Of a stretch of DNA of 59,516 nt, positions 45,734 to 54,782 are shown in pieces; position 1 is the stretch's first letter, and each line of letters opens with the position of its first letter. This stretch comes from Chthoniobacteraceae bacterium (GTDB lineage Bacteria > Verrucomicrobiota > Verrucomicrobiia > Chthoniobacterales > Chthoniobacteraceae), in contig JANNWY010000317.1 of assembly GCA_031409335.1 (NCBI GenBank), forward strand, positions 1 to 59,516, read 5' to 3'. The notes under the pieces were generated by a model. The model made no database searches. It was not told where the DNA came from and was given only the letters and a program-made list of their open reading frames with translations. The position numbers and the translations under genes were made by a program.

Positions 45734-48208
45734 ATGATTTTGCGCTTCGTTTTCCTCCTTCTCGTGACGACCGCCGCGAGCGCCGCCGACCAGTTTCCCT
45801 TCGTTCTCCCGTGGGACGACGCCTCGCCTTCCATCACAAATATCAGCTCGTGGCTCGAAAAACCAGCGGGTCGCGACGGCTTCGTCACGGTGAAAGACGG
45901 GCATCTTTTTGCGAATGGAAAACGCCTTCGCATCTTTGGTGTGAACATGTGTTTCGGCGCGAATTTTCCAAAGCACGAAGACGCCGAAAAGATCGCCGCG
46001 CGCATGGCGAAGTTTGGCATCAACTGCGTGCGCTTTCACCATATGGACATGCTCGCCGCGCCCGGCGGCATTTGGGCAAAGGACATGCGCACGCTCGATC
46101 CGGGGCAGCTCGACAAGCTCGATTTCTTCATCGCCGAGTCGAAAAAGCACGGCATCTACAGCGACCTGAATCTCCACGTCTCGCGAACCTATCCCGACCG
46201 CCCGAAGGCCGAAAAGAAAGGCAACGAGGATTACGACAAAGGCGTGGACAACTTCTGCGCCGCGATGATCGCACTGCAAAAAGACTACGCCCGCGACCTG
46301 CTCACCCACATCAATCCCTACACGAAGAATGCGTATGTAAATGAACCGGCGGTCGCGCTCATCGAGATCAACAACGAAAACGCGCTGCTCACCTCGTGGC
46401 ACTACGGCAGCCTCGACACCATCGCCTCGCCGTACCGCGAGGAACTCACCGCACTGTGGTTGAAATGGCTGCGCGAGAAATATCCGAATGATGAAAATCT
46501 CCTTGCCGCATGGAAGGATGGCGCGCGCGGCGAAGGCTCCGAATTGCTCACGGGGAAATGGACTTTTGAACAACACAGCACCGCCAAAGCGCGCGGCGCG
46601 GCGAAGGACGGCGCGATCGCCTTCACCGTCGAGCAACCCGGCACCGAATCCTGGCACGCGCAGTTTTTCACCTCCGGCCTGAAAGTCGCCGCGAGTGAAA
46701 AATACACCGTCACTTTCCGGGCTCGCGCGCCAAAGGCGATGAGCGCCAGCGTCAATCTCATGCAGGCGCACGAGCCGTGGAAAGTCCTCGCGAGTTCGCG
46801 TTTCGACATCACGACGGAATGGCGCGACGTGCGCGTGACGCTCGCCGCTTCCGCCGCAGACGATTACGCCCGCCTCGGGATCACCGGCCTCGGCCTCACG
46901 CCCGGCAAGTTCGAGTTCGCGGATTTTTCCATGCGCACCGCCGCGCTCGATGGCTCCGTCCCGCGCGCCGCATTCACGCAGACGGACTACGCCGCCCGCA
47001 CGCTCGCGGCGCAGCGCGACTGGTTCGCCTTCCTCTGGTCGCTCGAGGAAAAATACTGGCCCGGCATGTATGCGTTCATCCGCGAGGAGTTGAAGGCGCG
47101 CAGCCTCATCGTCGGCACGCAACTCGGCTGGTCGCCTTTCCCCATCCAGCAGAAGATGGATGTCATCGACTCGCACGCCTACTGGCAGCACCCCGACTTC
47201 CACGGCAAGGGCTGGAACGCGGACGATTGGAGCGTGAAAAACATCCCGATGGCCGGGCGCGAAGACGGCGGCACGCTCCCCGGCCTCGCCCTCCAGCGCG
47301 TCGCCGGCAAGCCCTACATCTGCACCGAATACAGCCACCCCGCGCCGAACAAATTCGCCGCCGAAGGCTTCCCGCTCCTCTGCGCCTTCGCCGCGCTGCA
47401 AGATTGGGACGGCATCTTCGCCTTCGCCTACTCCCACCGCACCGACGACTGGGACAAACGTTACTTCCCGAGCTTCTTCGACATCGATCAGCATCCGGTG
47501 AAAATGGCGACGCTGCCGGCGAGCGTGGCAATGTTTTTACGCGGGGATGTGTTACCCGCGGAGAAAGAAGCCTTCGGACTTGTAAACGTCGCGACGGCGA
47601 CGAGCAAGGCCGCCACAGAAGGCCCGCGCCTCGGTGCCGAGCAATTTGGGGTGGCAAGACCGGCGGCCTTTCAGCACCGCGTTGGCGTTGCCATATCGGA
47701 TACCGCGAAGGCTTGGCGGGGATCGCTAGTGTCACCGCATCAGAGCGACCACGGGCAACTGACGTGGCACGAGTTTGAGCGTTACGTCACGCTGGAGACT
47801 TCGCGCTCGCTCGCCGTCATAGGAGACGTGAAGGGCGAAACTTTCACGTTCAAAAACGGGACCGTCCAACCGAACGGTGAATGGGCTGCCATCCAACTGA
47901 CGGTCGTTGACGGAGACGATTTCAAAACTGCCACGCGCATCCTCATCACCGCCACCGGACGCGCCGCGAACACGGACATGAAATGGACGAGCGACGCGCA
48001 CGAAAGCGTGGGGCGGAATTGGGGCCGCGCGCCTTCGCTCGTCGAAGGCATCGCCGCGAAAATCACGCTGCCCATTTCTGGCCAAAAAATGAAAGCCTGG
48101 GCGCTCGACGAACGCGGCCAGCGCCGCGACGAAATTCCGCTCACCAACGGCACCCTCGAAATCGGCCCGCAATACCGCACGCTCTGGTACGAAATCGCCG
48201 CCGAGTAG
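45734..48208 (+). CDS. Secreted clan GH-A (GH5-like) glycoside hydrolase with inserted carbohydrate-binding (CBM4/9-like) domain
   Basis: Signal peptide, G.N.VRFHH, INNEN acid/base, H.YWQHP, CTEY nucleophile; the internal WHAQF...YTVTF.ARA..EPW segment is CBM-like. Confidence 0.8.
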   Translation: MILRFVFLLLVTTAASAADQFPFVLPWDDASPSITNISSWLEKPAGRDGFVTVKDGHLFANGKRLRIFGVNMCFGANFPKHEDAEKIAARMAKFGINCVRFHHMDMLAAPGGIWAKDMRTLDPGQLDKLDFFIAESKKHGIYSDLNLHVSRTYPDRPKAEKKGNEDYDKGVDNFCAAMIALQKDYARDLLTHINPYTKNAYVNEPAVALIEINNENALLTSWHYGSLDTIASPYREELTALWLKWLREKYPNDENLLAAWKDGARGEGSELLTGKWTFEQHSTAKARGAAKDGAIAFTVEQPGTESWHAQFFTSGLKVAASEKYTVTFRARAPKAMSASVNLMQAHEPWKVLASSRFDITTEWRDVRVTLAASAADDYARLGITGLGLTPGKFEFADFSMRTAALDGSVPRAAFTQTDYAARTLAAQRDWFAFLWSLEEKYWPGMYAFIREELKARSLIVGTQLGWSPFPIQQKMDVIDSHAYWQHPDFHGKGWNADDWSVKNIPMAGREDGGTLPGLALQRVAGKPYICTEYSHPAPNKFAAEGFPLLCAFAALQDWDGIFAFAYSHRTDDWDKRYFPSFFDIDQHPVKMATLPASVAMFLRGDVLPAEKEAFGLVNVATATSKAATEGPRLGAEQFGVARPAAFQHRVGVAISDTAKAWRGSLVSPHQSDHGQLTWHEFERYVTLETSRSLAVIGDVKGETFTFKNGTVQPNGEWAAIQLTVVDGDDFKTATRILITATGRAANTDMKWTSDAHESVGRNWGRAPSLVEGIAAKITLPISGQKMKAWALDERGQRRDEIPLTNGTLEIGPQYRTLWYEIAAE

Positions 48209-48229
48209 CCCGCACGCGAGAGATGCAGC

Positions 48230-48299
48230 AAAGTAGTCCACGACTTTAGTCGGCTAAACCGTGGCGACGCCTTGGCCTACTAAAGTCGCGGACTACTTT
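48230..48299. repeat. GTAG-type REP-like inverted repeat pair
   Basis: AAAGTAGTCCACGACTTTAGT (48230-48250) and ACTAAAGTCGCGGACTACTTT (48279-48299) are complementary at 20 of 21 positions. Confidence 0.85.
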
Positions 48300-48436
48300 C
48301 GCAAGCGCGGAGCGAGGCCATCCAGCGGGATTTTCACCGCGGCCACGATTCAGACTCTCAATCCAGTCCTCACCAAACAACCGGCTGGCGTCGTCACTCA
48401 CGACCGCCGATAACTGCAACCCAACGCCCACGATCC

Positions 48437-49438
48437 ATGACTCCACTTTTCCTGCGCCGACTCCTTTTCACTTCCGCGATCATCACGGTGCTTTCGCACG
48501 CTGGCGCGGCGGAGTTTTCGCTGAAAGACACGCCGGGCGATCATCTCGACATTTTGAGCGGCGGCAAAATCCTCGGGCGCTACATGTATGCCCACGATGT
48601 GTCGTCGCCCGAGCGCCGGCTCGAAACTTACAAACCGTATCTGCACGTCTTCGATGCGGATGGCATCGCGCCGATCACGAAAGGCGCGGGCGGCGACTTC
48701 ACGCATCACCGCGGGATTTTCATCGGGTGGAACAAGATGACCGTCGCGGGGAAAAAGATGGATCGCTGGCACATGGTGAAGGGCGATCAGGTGCATGAAA
48801 ATTTCACGGCGCAAAAGGCGGGGCCGGAGGGCGCGAGCTTCACGTCGCTGGTGCGCTGGACGGGAGAGACGACGGACGCGACCGCGGTGGAAGACGAGCG
48901 GACGATGACGTTTCTCCCCGCACCCGCGCCCGCGTATGCGCTCGTGGATTTTGTGTCGCGCGTGAAGGCGGTCGGCGGCGAGACGGTGCTCGATGGCGAT
49001 CCCGAACATGCGGGGCTGCATTTCCGCCCGGCAAATGAAGTCGTGCGGAAGCAGACCGTTTATCTTTACCCGAGAGCGAATGCGGAGCCGAAGAAGGATC
49101 GCGACTATCCGTGGTTCGCGGAGAGTTTCGTGCTCGGTGAAAAGCGCTACAGCGTCGCGTATCTGAATCATCCGGGGAATCCGAAGGACGCGGCGATCTC
49201 GGCGTATCGCGACTACGGGCGCATCGGTGCGTATTTCAAAACAACGATCCCGGCTGGCGAATCGGCGACTTTCCGCGCGCGTTTTTTGGTGCAGTCCGGG
49301 GAATTGCCGACGGCGGAGAGCATTCAAAAACTTTGGAATGAATACGCGGGCACCGCTGAGCCGGTGCCAGCGACGACGACCAAACCCGCCGAGCCGCCGA
49401 AGCCAAAAGCGCCGAGGCCCGACAAGCCGGTAAAATAG
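48437..49438 (+). CDS. Secreted DUF6807-like protein
   Basis: Signal peptide, KPYLH, HHRGIF.GW, LNHP.NP, RDYG..G; Pro-rich tail. Confidence 0.7.
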   Translation: MTPLFLRRLLFTSAIITVLSHAGAAEFSLKDTPGDHLDILSGGKILGRYMYAHDVSSPERRLETYKPYLHVFDADGIAPITKGAGGDFTHHRGIFIGWNKMTVAGKKMDRWHMVKGDQVHENFTAQKAGPEGASFTSLVRWTGETTDATAVEDERTMTFLPAPAPAYALVDFVSRVKAVGGETVLDGDPEHAGLHFRPANEVVRKQTVYLYPRANAEPKKDRDYPWFAESFVLGEKRYSVAYLNHPGNPKDAAISAYRDYGRIGAYFKTTIPAGESATFRARFLVQSGELPTAESIQKLWNEYAGTAEPVPATTTKPAEPPKPKAPRPDKPVK

Positions 49439-49526
49439 TTGCGATCACAGGCGGATGGTGCGCTCCGCGCTTTTCCCAAGAAGGAATTGCGCGGTCGGGG
49501 GTTTTGGCTCTCAGTAGCCGCCCTTA

Positions 49527-50327
49527 ATGAACTGGCTCACCAAGTTTTTCAAATTCCGCGAGAAATCCGACGGCGATATCGTGAAGCCGTTCCTCGAACA
49601 CATGGAGGATTTGCGGTGGGTCATCATCAAGATCGTCGCAACGATGATCCTCTCAATGGCCATTTCGTTCTGGTGGGTCCGCGATTTGAAGCGCGTCATC
49701 ACCCATCCGCTGGAGGCGATCGATCCGCAGGCCGCGAAGGAACTCGTCGCATTTGGAATCGCGGAGGCGTTCACCATTTCCCTGCACCTCGCCTTCTTCG
49801 CGGGCATCGTCCTCGCGCTTCCATTCCTGCTCTATTTCATCGCGAGCTTCGTCCTCCCGGCGCTCACGCGGCAGGAGAAAAAATATCTGTTTCCCGGCAT
49901 CTTCGGAAGTTTCCTGCTCTTCCTCGCTGGCGTGCTCGTGAGCTACTATTACATCCTTCCGCAGACGCTCGTGTTCTTCAAAACGTACGCGGCGACCATG
50001 GAGATCAGGACGCTCTGGACGTGGAAAAGTTATCTCTCGTTCTGCACGTGGCTGACGATCGGCTTCGGCCTGCTCTGCCAGATTCCGATCGTCGTCGTCG
50101 TCCTCTCCTTCGTCGGGCTGGTGGATTACCACTTCCTCTCCCGCACGCGATCCTACGCCATCACGGGAATCCTCATCCTCAGCGCCGTCGTCGCACCCAC
50201 CCCGGACCCGATGACATTCCTGATGCTCGGAACGCCGGTGGTCCTGCTTTACGAGGCGTGCATCTGGATCGTCTGGCTGCTCGATCGTCGGAGGAAAAAG
50301 AAGGACGACGAGAACCGGCTCCAATAG
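49527..50327 (+). CDS. tatC: Twin-arginine translocase subunit TatC
   Basis: PFLEHMEDLR, FVLPAL...EK, FG...Q.P, PTPDP, LYE. Confidence 0.93.
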   Translation: MNWLTKFFKFREKSDGDIVKPFLEHMEDLRWVIIKIVATMILSMAISFWWVRDLKRVITHPLEAIDPQAAKELVAFGIAEAFTISLHLAFFAGIVLALPFLLYFIASFVLPALTRQEKKYLFPGIFGSFLLFLAGVLVSYYYILPQTLVFFKTYAATMEIRTLWTWKSYLSFCTWLTIGFGLLCQIPIVVVVLSFVGLVDYHFLSRTRSYAITGILILSAVVAPTPDPMTFLMLGTPVVLLYEACIWIVWLLDRRRKKKDDENRLQ

Positions 50328-50338
50328 CGGTCGTTCAA

Positions 50339-51064
50339 ATGCGCGTGACTCGCTGGCTCCTCATTCTTCTCGCCGCCGGATTCACCGCGCCAGCGGATGA
50401 AAAATCCACGGTCGTGCAGCAGCTCATCCCCTGGCTGCTCGATGAAAGCGCGGCGCTGAAAGGCATCCCCTTCCCCGACGTCATCGCCGCGACGTGTGGA
50501 AAGCGCGTGCTGCCGGTCGATCGCGCGGACAAGGAGACGCAGCGCATCCTCGGCGAAATCGGCCACGCGCTCGATGAAGTGCGCGCGGCGATGAATGCGC
50601 CGGAAAGTCCCGCTCGCAGCGCGAAACGCGTGAACGAAATGAGCAGCCATTTCGAGAGTTCACTGCGCGAAAAGTTGAACGCGCGAACTGGCTTCACGTG
50701 TGATTTTCCAAAGACCACCGAGGGCCGCGCGCAGCGCTCGGGCTACCCCGATCTGCGGCTCGTGGACAAGGCCACGGGGCGGGTGCTGTATCTCGATCCG
50801 AAGCTCTTCGCGGCCGCGAGCAAACGCAGCAGCCTGCGCACGTTTTACTTCGAGCCAAAGCGCGCGACGAACAAAGTGAACGACGATGCGCATCATCTCA
50901 TCGTCGGCTTTTCACACGCGCAGGACGCGGGCGGCGCGATGCAATTCACGGGTTGGGAACTCATCGACCTCGCGACCTTTCGCGTGAAGCTGAAAGCGGA
51001 ATTCGAGGGCAGCAACGCGGACCTATACCGGCCCGAGGCGGTGGTCGGATCGAGTGCAAAGTAG
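50339..51064 (+). CDS. Hypothetical exported protein with PD-(D/E)XK-like motif
   Basis: N-terminal signal-like [23 protein letters not shown]...HFE, GYPD-x15-DPK. Confidence 0.6.
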   Translation: MRVTRWLLILLAAGFTAPADEKSTVVQQLIPWLLDESAALKGIPFPDVIAATCGKRVLPVDRADKETQRILGEIGHALDEVRAAMNAPESPARSAKRVNEMSSHFESSLREKLNARTGFTCDFPKTTEGRAQRSGYPDLRLVDKATGRVLYLDPKLFAAASKRSSLRTFYFEPKRATNKVNDDAHHLIVGFSHAQDAGGAMQFTGWELIDLATFRVKLKAEFEGSNADLYRPEAVVGSSAK

Positions 51065-51102
51065 CGCTCGACACTCGGCCCGCGTCCCTCATTTTCTCCG
51101 CC

Positions 51103-52311
51103 ATGCCCACCGCTCCGCAGTTCGATTCGATCGAAGACGTGCTCAAAGATATCCGTGCCGGAAAACTCGTGATCGTGACGGACGACGCGGATCGCGAGAA
51201 CGAAGGCGACCTCGTGATGGCGGCGGAAAAGGTGACGCCGGAAACGGTGAATTTCATGGCCATGCACGGGCGCGGACTCATTTGCGCGCCGATCACCGAT
51301 GAACGCGCGGAGAAACTCGGCTTGCAGCGCATGGTGCTGGAGAATCGCGAGAGTTACCGCACCGATTTCACGGTATCCGTCGATGCCGCGAAGAACGTCA
51401 CGACCGGCATCAGCGCGCACGATCGCGCCGAGACGATCCGCATTCTCACCGATCCGAAAGCGACGCCGCACGATCTCGTGCAGCCGGGCCACGTCTTCCC
51501 GCTGCGCGCCAGAGCGGGTGGCGTGCTGCGGCGCGCAGGGCACACGGAGGCGAGCGTGGATTTGGCGAGGCTTGCGGGGCTTTCGCCGGCGGGTGTGTTG
51601 TGTGAAATCCTGAACGCGGACGGGACGATGGCGCGGCTGCCCGAGCTGCTGAAATTTCGTCGGAAGCACAAACTGAAACTCTGCACGATCGAGGCGCTGA
51701 TCGCGTATCGGCGGACGCGCGAGCGGCTGATCGAATGCGAGCAGATCGTCAAAATGCCAACCGATTACGGCGATTTCGACCTGCACATGTACCGCTCGCT
51801 CGTCGATGGCGCGCACCACCTCGCGCTGGTGAAAGGCTCGATCTCGAAGGCGAAAACGACGCTCGTGCGCGTCCACAGCGAATGCCTCACCGGCGACGTA
51901 TTCGGTTCGCGCCGGTGCGATTGCGGCACGCAGCTCCACGCCGCGCTGGGAATGATCGAGCGCGCGGGCAGTGGCGTGCTCCTTTACATGCGCCAGCACG
52001 AAGGCCGCGGCATCGGCCTGCCCGCGAAAATTCACGCCTACAAACTCCAGGAGCAGGGCCTTGACACCGTGGAGGCGAACGAAGAACTCGGCTTCCCCGC
52101 CGAGCTGCGCGACTACGGCATCGGCGCGCAAATCCTCTTCGATCTCGGCGTGCGGAAAATGCGCTTCCTGACGAACAACCCAAAAAAAGTCATCGGCCTC
52201 GAAGGCTACGGCTTGAAGATCGTGGAAGTCGTCCCGATCAAATCAGCGCCGAATCCGCACAACGCAAAGTATCTCGAAACCAAGCGGGTGAAGCTCGGGC
52301 ATCTGCTCTGA
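51103..52311 (+). CDS. ribBA: Bifunctional DHBP synthase / GTP cyclohydrolase II
   Basis: [44 protein letters not shown]. Confidence 0.97.
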   Translation: MPTAPQFDSIEDVLKDIRAGKLVIVTDDADRENEGDLVMAAEKVTPETVNFMAMHGRGLICAPITDERAEKLGLQRMVLENRESYRTDFTVSVDAAKNVTTGISAHDRAETIRILTDPKATPHDLVQPGHVFPLRARAGGVLRRAGHTEASVDLARLAGLSPAGVLCEILNADGTMARLPELLKFRRKHKLKLCTIEALIAYRRTRERLIECEQIVKMPTDYGDFDLHMYRSLVDGAHHLALVKGSISKAKTTLVRVHSECLTGDVFGSRRCDCGTQLHAALGMIERAGSGVLLYMRQHEGRGIGLPAKIHAYKLQEQGLDTVEANEELGFPAELRDYGIGAQILFDLGVRKMRFLTNNPKKVIGLEGYGLKIVEVVPIKSAPNPHNAKYLETKRVKLGHLL

Positions 52312-52340
52312 GTCGCGCCGTCCGGGCGGCGAAGGAAGCG

Positions 52341-52979
52341 CTACGCCTTCACCATGAAGCCGAGATTTCCCCAGCGCGCCCACGCGGAGTGGCCGGTTTT
52401 TCCCGGCACGGAGAAGCCTTTGAAATCGTGGACGTAAGTCTTCGACACGAAATCGACGAACGACGCGTTCATATTCACATCATGCGAAACGAGCAGCCCG
52501 CCGGGGCGCAGGCGCTGCCAGAAATGTTTGAATTCGCCGTACTGATGTTTGTAGCGGTGCATCGAGTCGTGCAGGAAAAAGTCGATCTCACCCGGCCCGA
52601 GATGCTCTTTCATAAAACCCTTCACATTCCCCGGACACGGCACGAACGGCGCGCGCAATTCCTCCGGGATCATGCTGCCGATCGCGCAATCCGTGCTGTA
52701 TTCGATCCCGTAAAGTTTCGACTCCGACACATCGCCCGCGTCGTGCATTCCCTTGAGGATGAAGGAGGACGCCATGCCGGTATTCGCGCCCGTCTCCACC
52801 GCGACGCGCGGGCGAAACGTGCGCACCAGCGCGTACAGCAGCGACGCATCCATCCCGCCCATCGAACTCTTGCTGCCAAATTCCTCCTTCCGCTTTTGCA
52901 TTTGCGCCATGAAGGGACCGTTCTTCACTTCGAGCACGGTCTGCATGAGGTTGAACCAGTTGAGGTCGGGAGCGGTCAT
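52341..52979 (-). CDS. Class I SAM-dependent methyltransferase (Methyltransf_24-like)
   Basis: VETG.NTG.AS, IDFFLHDS.H.Y, LRPGGLL.SHD. Confidence 0.8.
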   Translation of the reverse strand: MTAPDLNWFNLMQTVLEVKNGPFMAQMQKRKEEFGSKSSMGGMDASLLYALVRTFRPRVAVETGANTGMASSFILKGMHDAGDVSESKLYGIEYSTDCAIGSMIPEELRAPFVPCPGNVKGFMKEHLGPGEIDFFLHDSMHRYKHQYGEFKHFWQRLRPGGLLVSHDVNMNASFVDFVSKTYVHDFKGFSVPGKTGHSAWARWGNLGFMVKA

Positions 52980-53032
52980 CGGCGGATCATAAAAATCGCG
53001 GCACGCCCGTCAACCGCGCGCGGCAGCGCAGC

Positions 53033-54421
53033 CTACTCCGGATCGAGATAGCGGATGCGTTTGTTGATGTCCGTGTTGATCGAGTGGTACGGCTGCGAAA
53101 TATTGCTCGATGCGAACAGCGTCTGCCGCGTGTGCTCCATGTCGTCTTCGCCAATCGCGTTGGTGAAAATCGGGACGAGATATTCGATACCTTTCGCGGA
53201 TGGCTTCATCAGGTTCGCGTCGTAAAGTTCCTTGTGCATCTGCCGCGCGTGGATGAGGCCCCAGCGATCGCGGAAACGATTCGCGTCGTATCCCTCGACC
53301 TGGAAGCCATTGGCCTTCGTGTATTGCAACACGGAGACTTCATTGTTCCGGCCTTGGTGGAGGAGATCGACGGCTTTTGCGCCGAGCTGCGATGCGTAGA
53401 AACGGTCGAACAAGATCGGACGCCCGCCGCGCTGGGTGTGGCCGACTTTGCGGATGAAGATCGCCTCGCTCGCGGAGTCGCCGCGGCGGCGATCCCGAAA
53501 ATGACTGTCGCCCAGCATCTTGATCAGCCGCGATCGCACGGCCTCCGCCGCGCCCTTGAGCGTCACGTTTCCCGCTGGATCGGTCGAGACCGTCTCGTCT
53601 CCGAGCACCATGCCTTCCTGATCCACGATGCCTTCGCCGCAGACGATCACGACGTTCTTTTGCACGTCGTAAATTTGCCGCACGCGCTCGGCCAGTTGTT
53701 CAAAATTCACGCTGACTTCCGGGACGAGAATGATGTCCGGCCGGCCATACGCGGAACCGAGCGCGATGTAACCGGAGTGCCGGCCCATCACCTCGATGAT
53801 CGCAATGCGGCGGTGACTTTCCGCGGTGGTGCGAATGCGCTCGACGCCGCTCGCCGAGACAAAAACCGCCGTGGCGTAGCCGGGCGTCACGTAGTTCACC
53901 ATGCTCTCCACATCGAAAACCGCGCGCGATTCGCCCTGCTTGTAGCGGAATTTTCCGCGCGCCTCGGCCAGTTCCTGGCGAATCCATTCGTCGGGTTCGC
54001 TCGGGTAGTTCAGCCCGAGATCGTTGTCGATCGTCTTTGGCGCGAGCACCGTCGGAAGCCGTTCGGCGAGCGGTTGCAGACCGTTGAGCGTGCCATCGCC
54101 GCCGACGCAGATCAGGCCTTCGATTTTCAGCCGCCCCAGACGGCGCATCACCATTTCGAGATCCTCCTTTTTCTCGGGATCCACGAAGTCGCGCGACGAA
54201 CCGATGAGCGTGCCGCCCATCGTCGGATCCATCTCGGGGATTTCCTGGAAAAGCGGATTGAGATGAACGTGCGGGACGCGGGGATTGAACAGGCAGTTGA
54301 ATCCCTTAATGAGGCCGACGACCTCGATCTGGAGTTGATTCGCGCGTACGATCGTGCCGCGGATGGTTGCGTTCAGCGCGGGGGTGTCGCCGCCCGCGGT
54401 GAGGATGCCGATGCGTTTCAT
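53033..54421 (-). CDS. pfkA: 6-phosphofructokinase (PfkA family)
   Basis: GILTAGGD.P.LNA, GGDGT, PKTIDND, EVMGR.SG, GH.QRGG. Confidence 0.92.
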   Translation of the reverse strand: MKRIGILTAGGDTPALNATIRGTIVRANQLQIEVVGLIKGFNCLFNPRVPHVHLNPLFQEIPEMDPTMGGTLIGSSRDFVDPEKKEDLEMVMRRLGRLKIEGLICVGGDGTLNGLQPLAERLPTVLAPKTIDNDLGLNYPSEPDEWIRQELAEARGKFRYKQGESRAVFDVESMVNYVTPGYATAVFVSASGVERIRTTAESHRRIAIIEVMGRHSGYIALGSAYGRPDIILVPEVSVNFEQLAERVRQIYDVQKNVVIVCGEGIVDQEGMVLGDETVSTDPAGNVTLKGAAEAVRSRLIKMLGDSHFRDRRRGDSASEAIFIRKVGHTQRGGRPILFDRFYASQLGAKAVDLLHQGRNNEVSVLQYTKANGFQVEGYDANRFRDRWGLIHARQMHKELYDANLMKPSAKGIEYLVPIFTNAIGEDDMEHTRQTLFASSNISQPYHSINTDINKRIRYLDPE

Positions 54422-54782
54422 GGTTGGTGGGTTAAAAGGTGAAGTGGTTGCGCGCCGATGGTGCCACGCAGCGCGTTTAAGTAGCTGGGCGCTTTCTCCG
54501 TTTCCAGAAATTTCCGCAGGTGTCATTGCCGGAGGCGAAAAACACGCCGTTTCCCAAGGCTGCCGGAAAAATCAAACGAAGAGATTGACGGCAAAGGAGC
54601 TGGGTTCTGAAATCAGTTGGGGCTTTTGGTTCGACAGGGTTTCCTGTGGCGATCCGCCCAAGAATCCTTGCGCTTGAAACCCAGCCGACCCGCAGCTTGT
54701 CCGAAATTGGCGTTGACGGTCCCAAACCGGGCAGATAAGCCACCCCACGTCACGAGATTTCACCAACCTCATTCCCTGTCGT

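Noticed and set aside
45722..47494. 590-aa minus-strand ORF
   Set aside because: Antisense shadow of the GH5-like gene.
48437..49438. Methane monooxygenase PmoA, a label sometimes attached to this family
   Set aside because: A soluble secreted protein with no multi-TM PmoA features and no pmoCB neighbours.
49439..50338. N-terminal 300 codons of the 541-aa ORF overlapping tatC
   Set aside because: An open alternative frame over tatC; the credible gene starts at ATG 50339 with a signal-like sequence.
53084..54442. 452-aa plus-strand ORF
   Set aside because: Antisense shadow of pfkA.
54430..54782. Possible riboswitch or sRNA in the pfkA-RHS intergenic region
   Set aside because: Some pairing potential (CTGGGTT/AACCCAG) but no recognisable aptamer consensus; an Rfam search would be needed.
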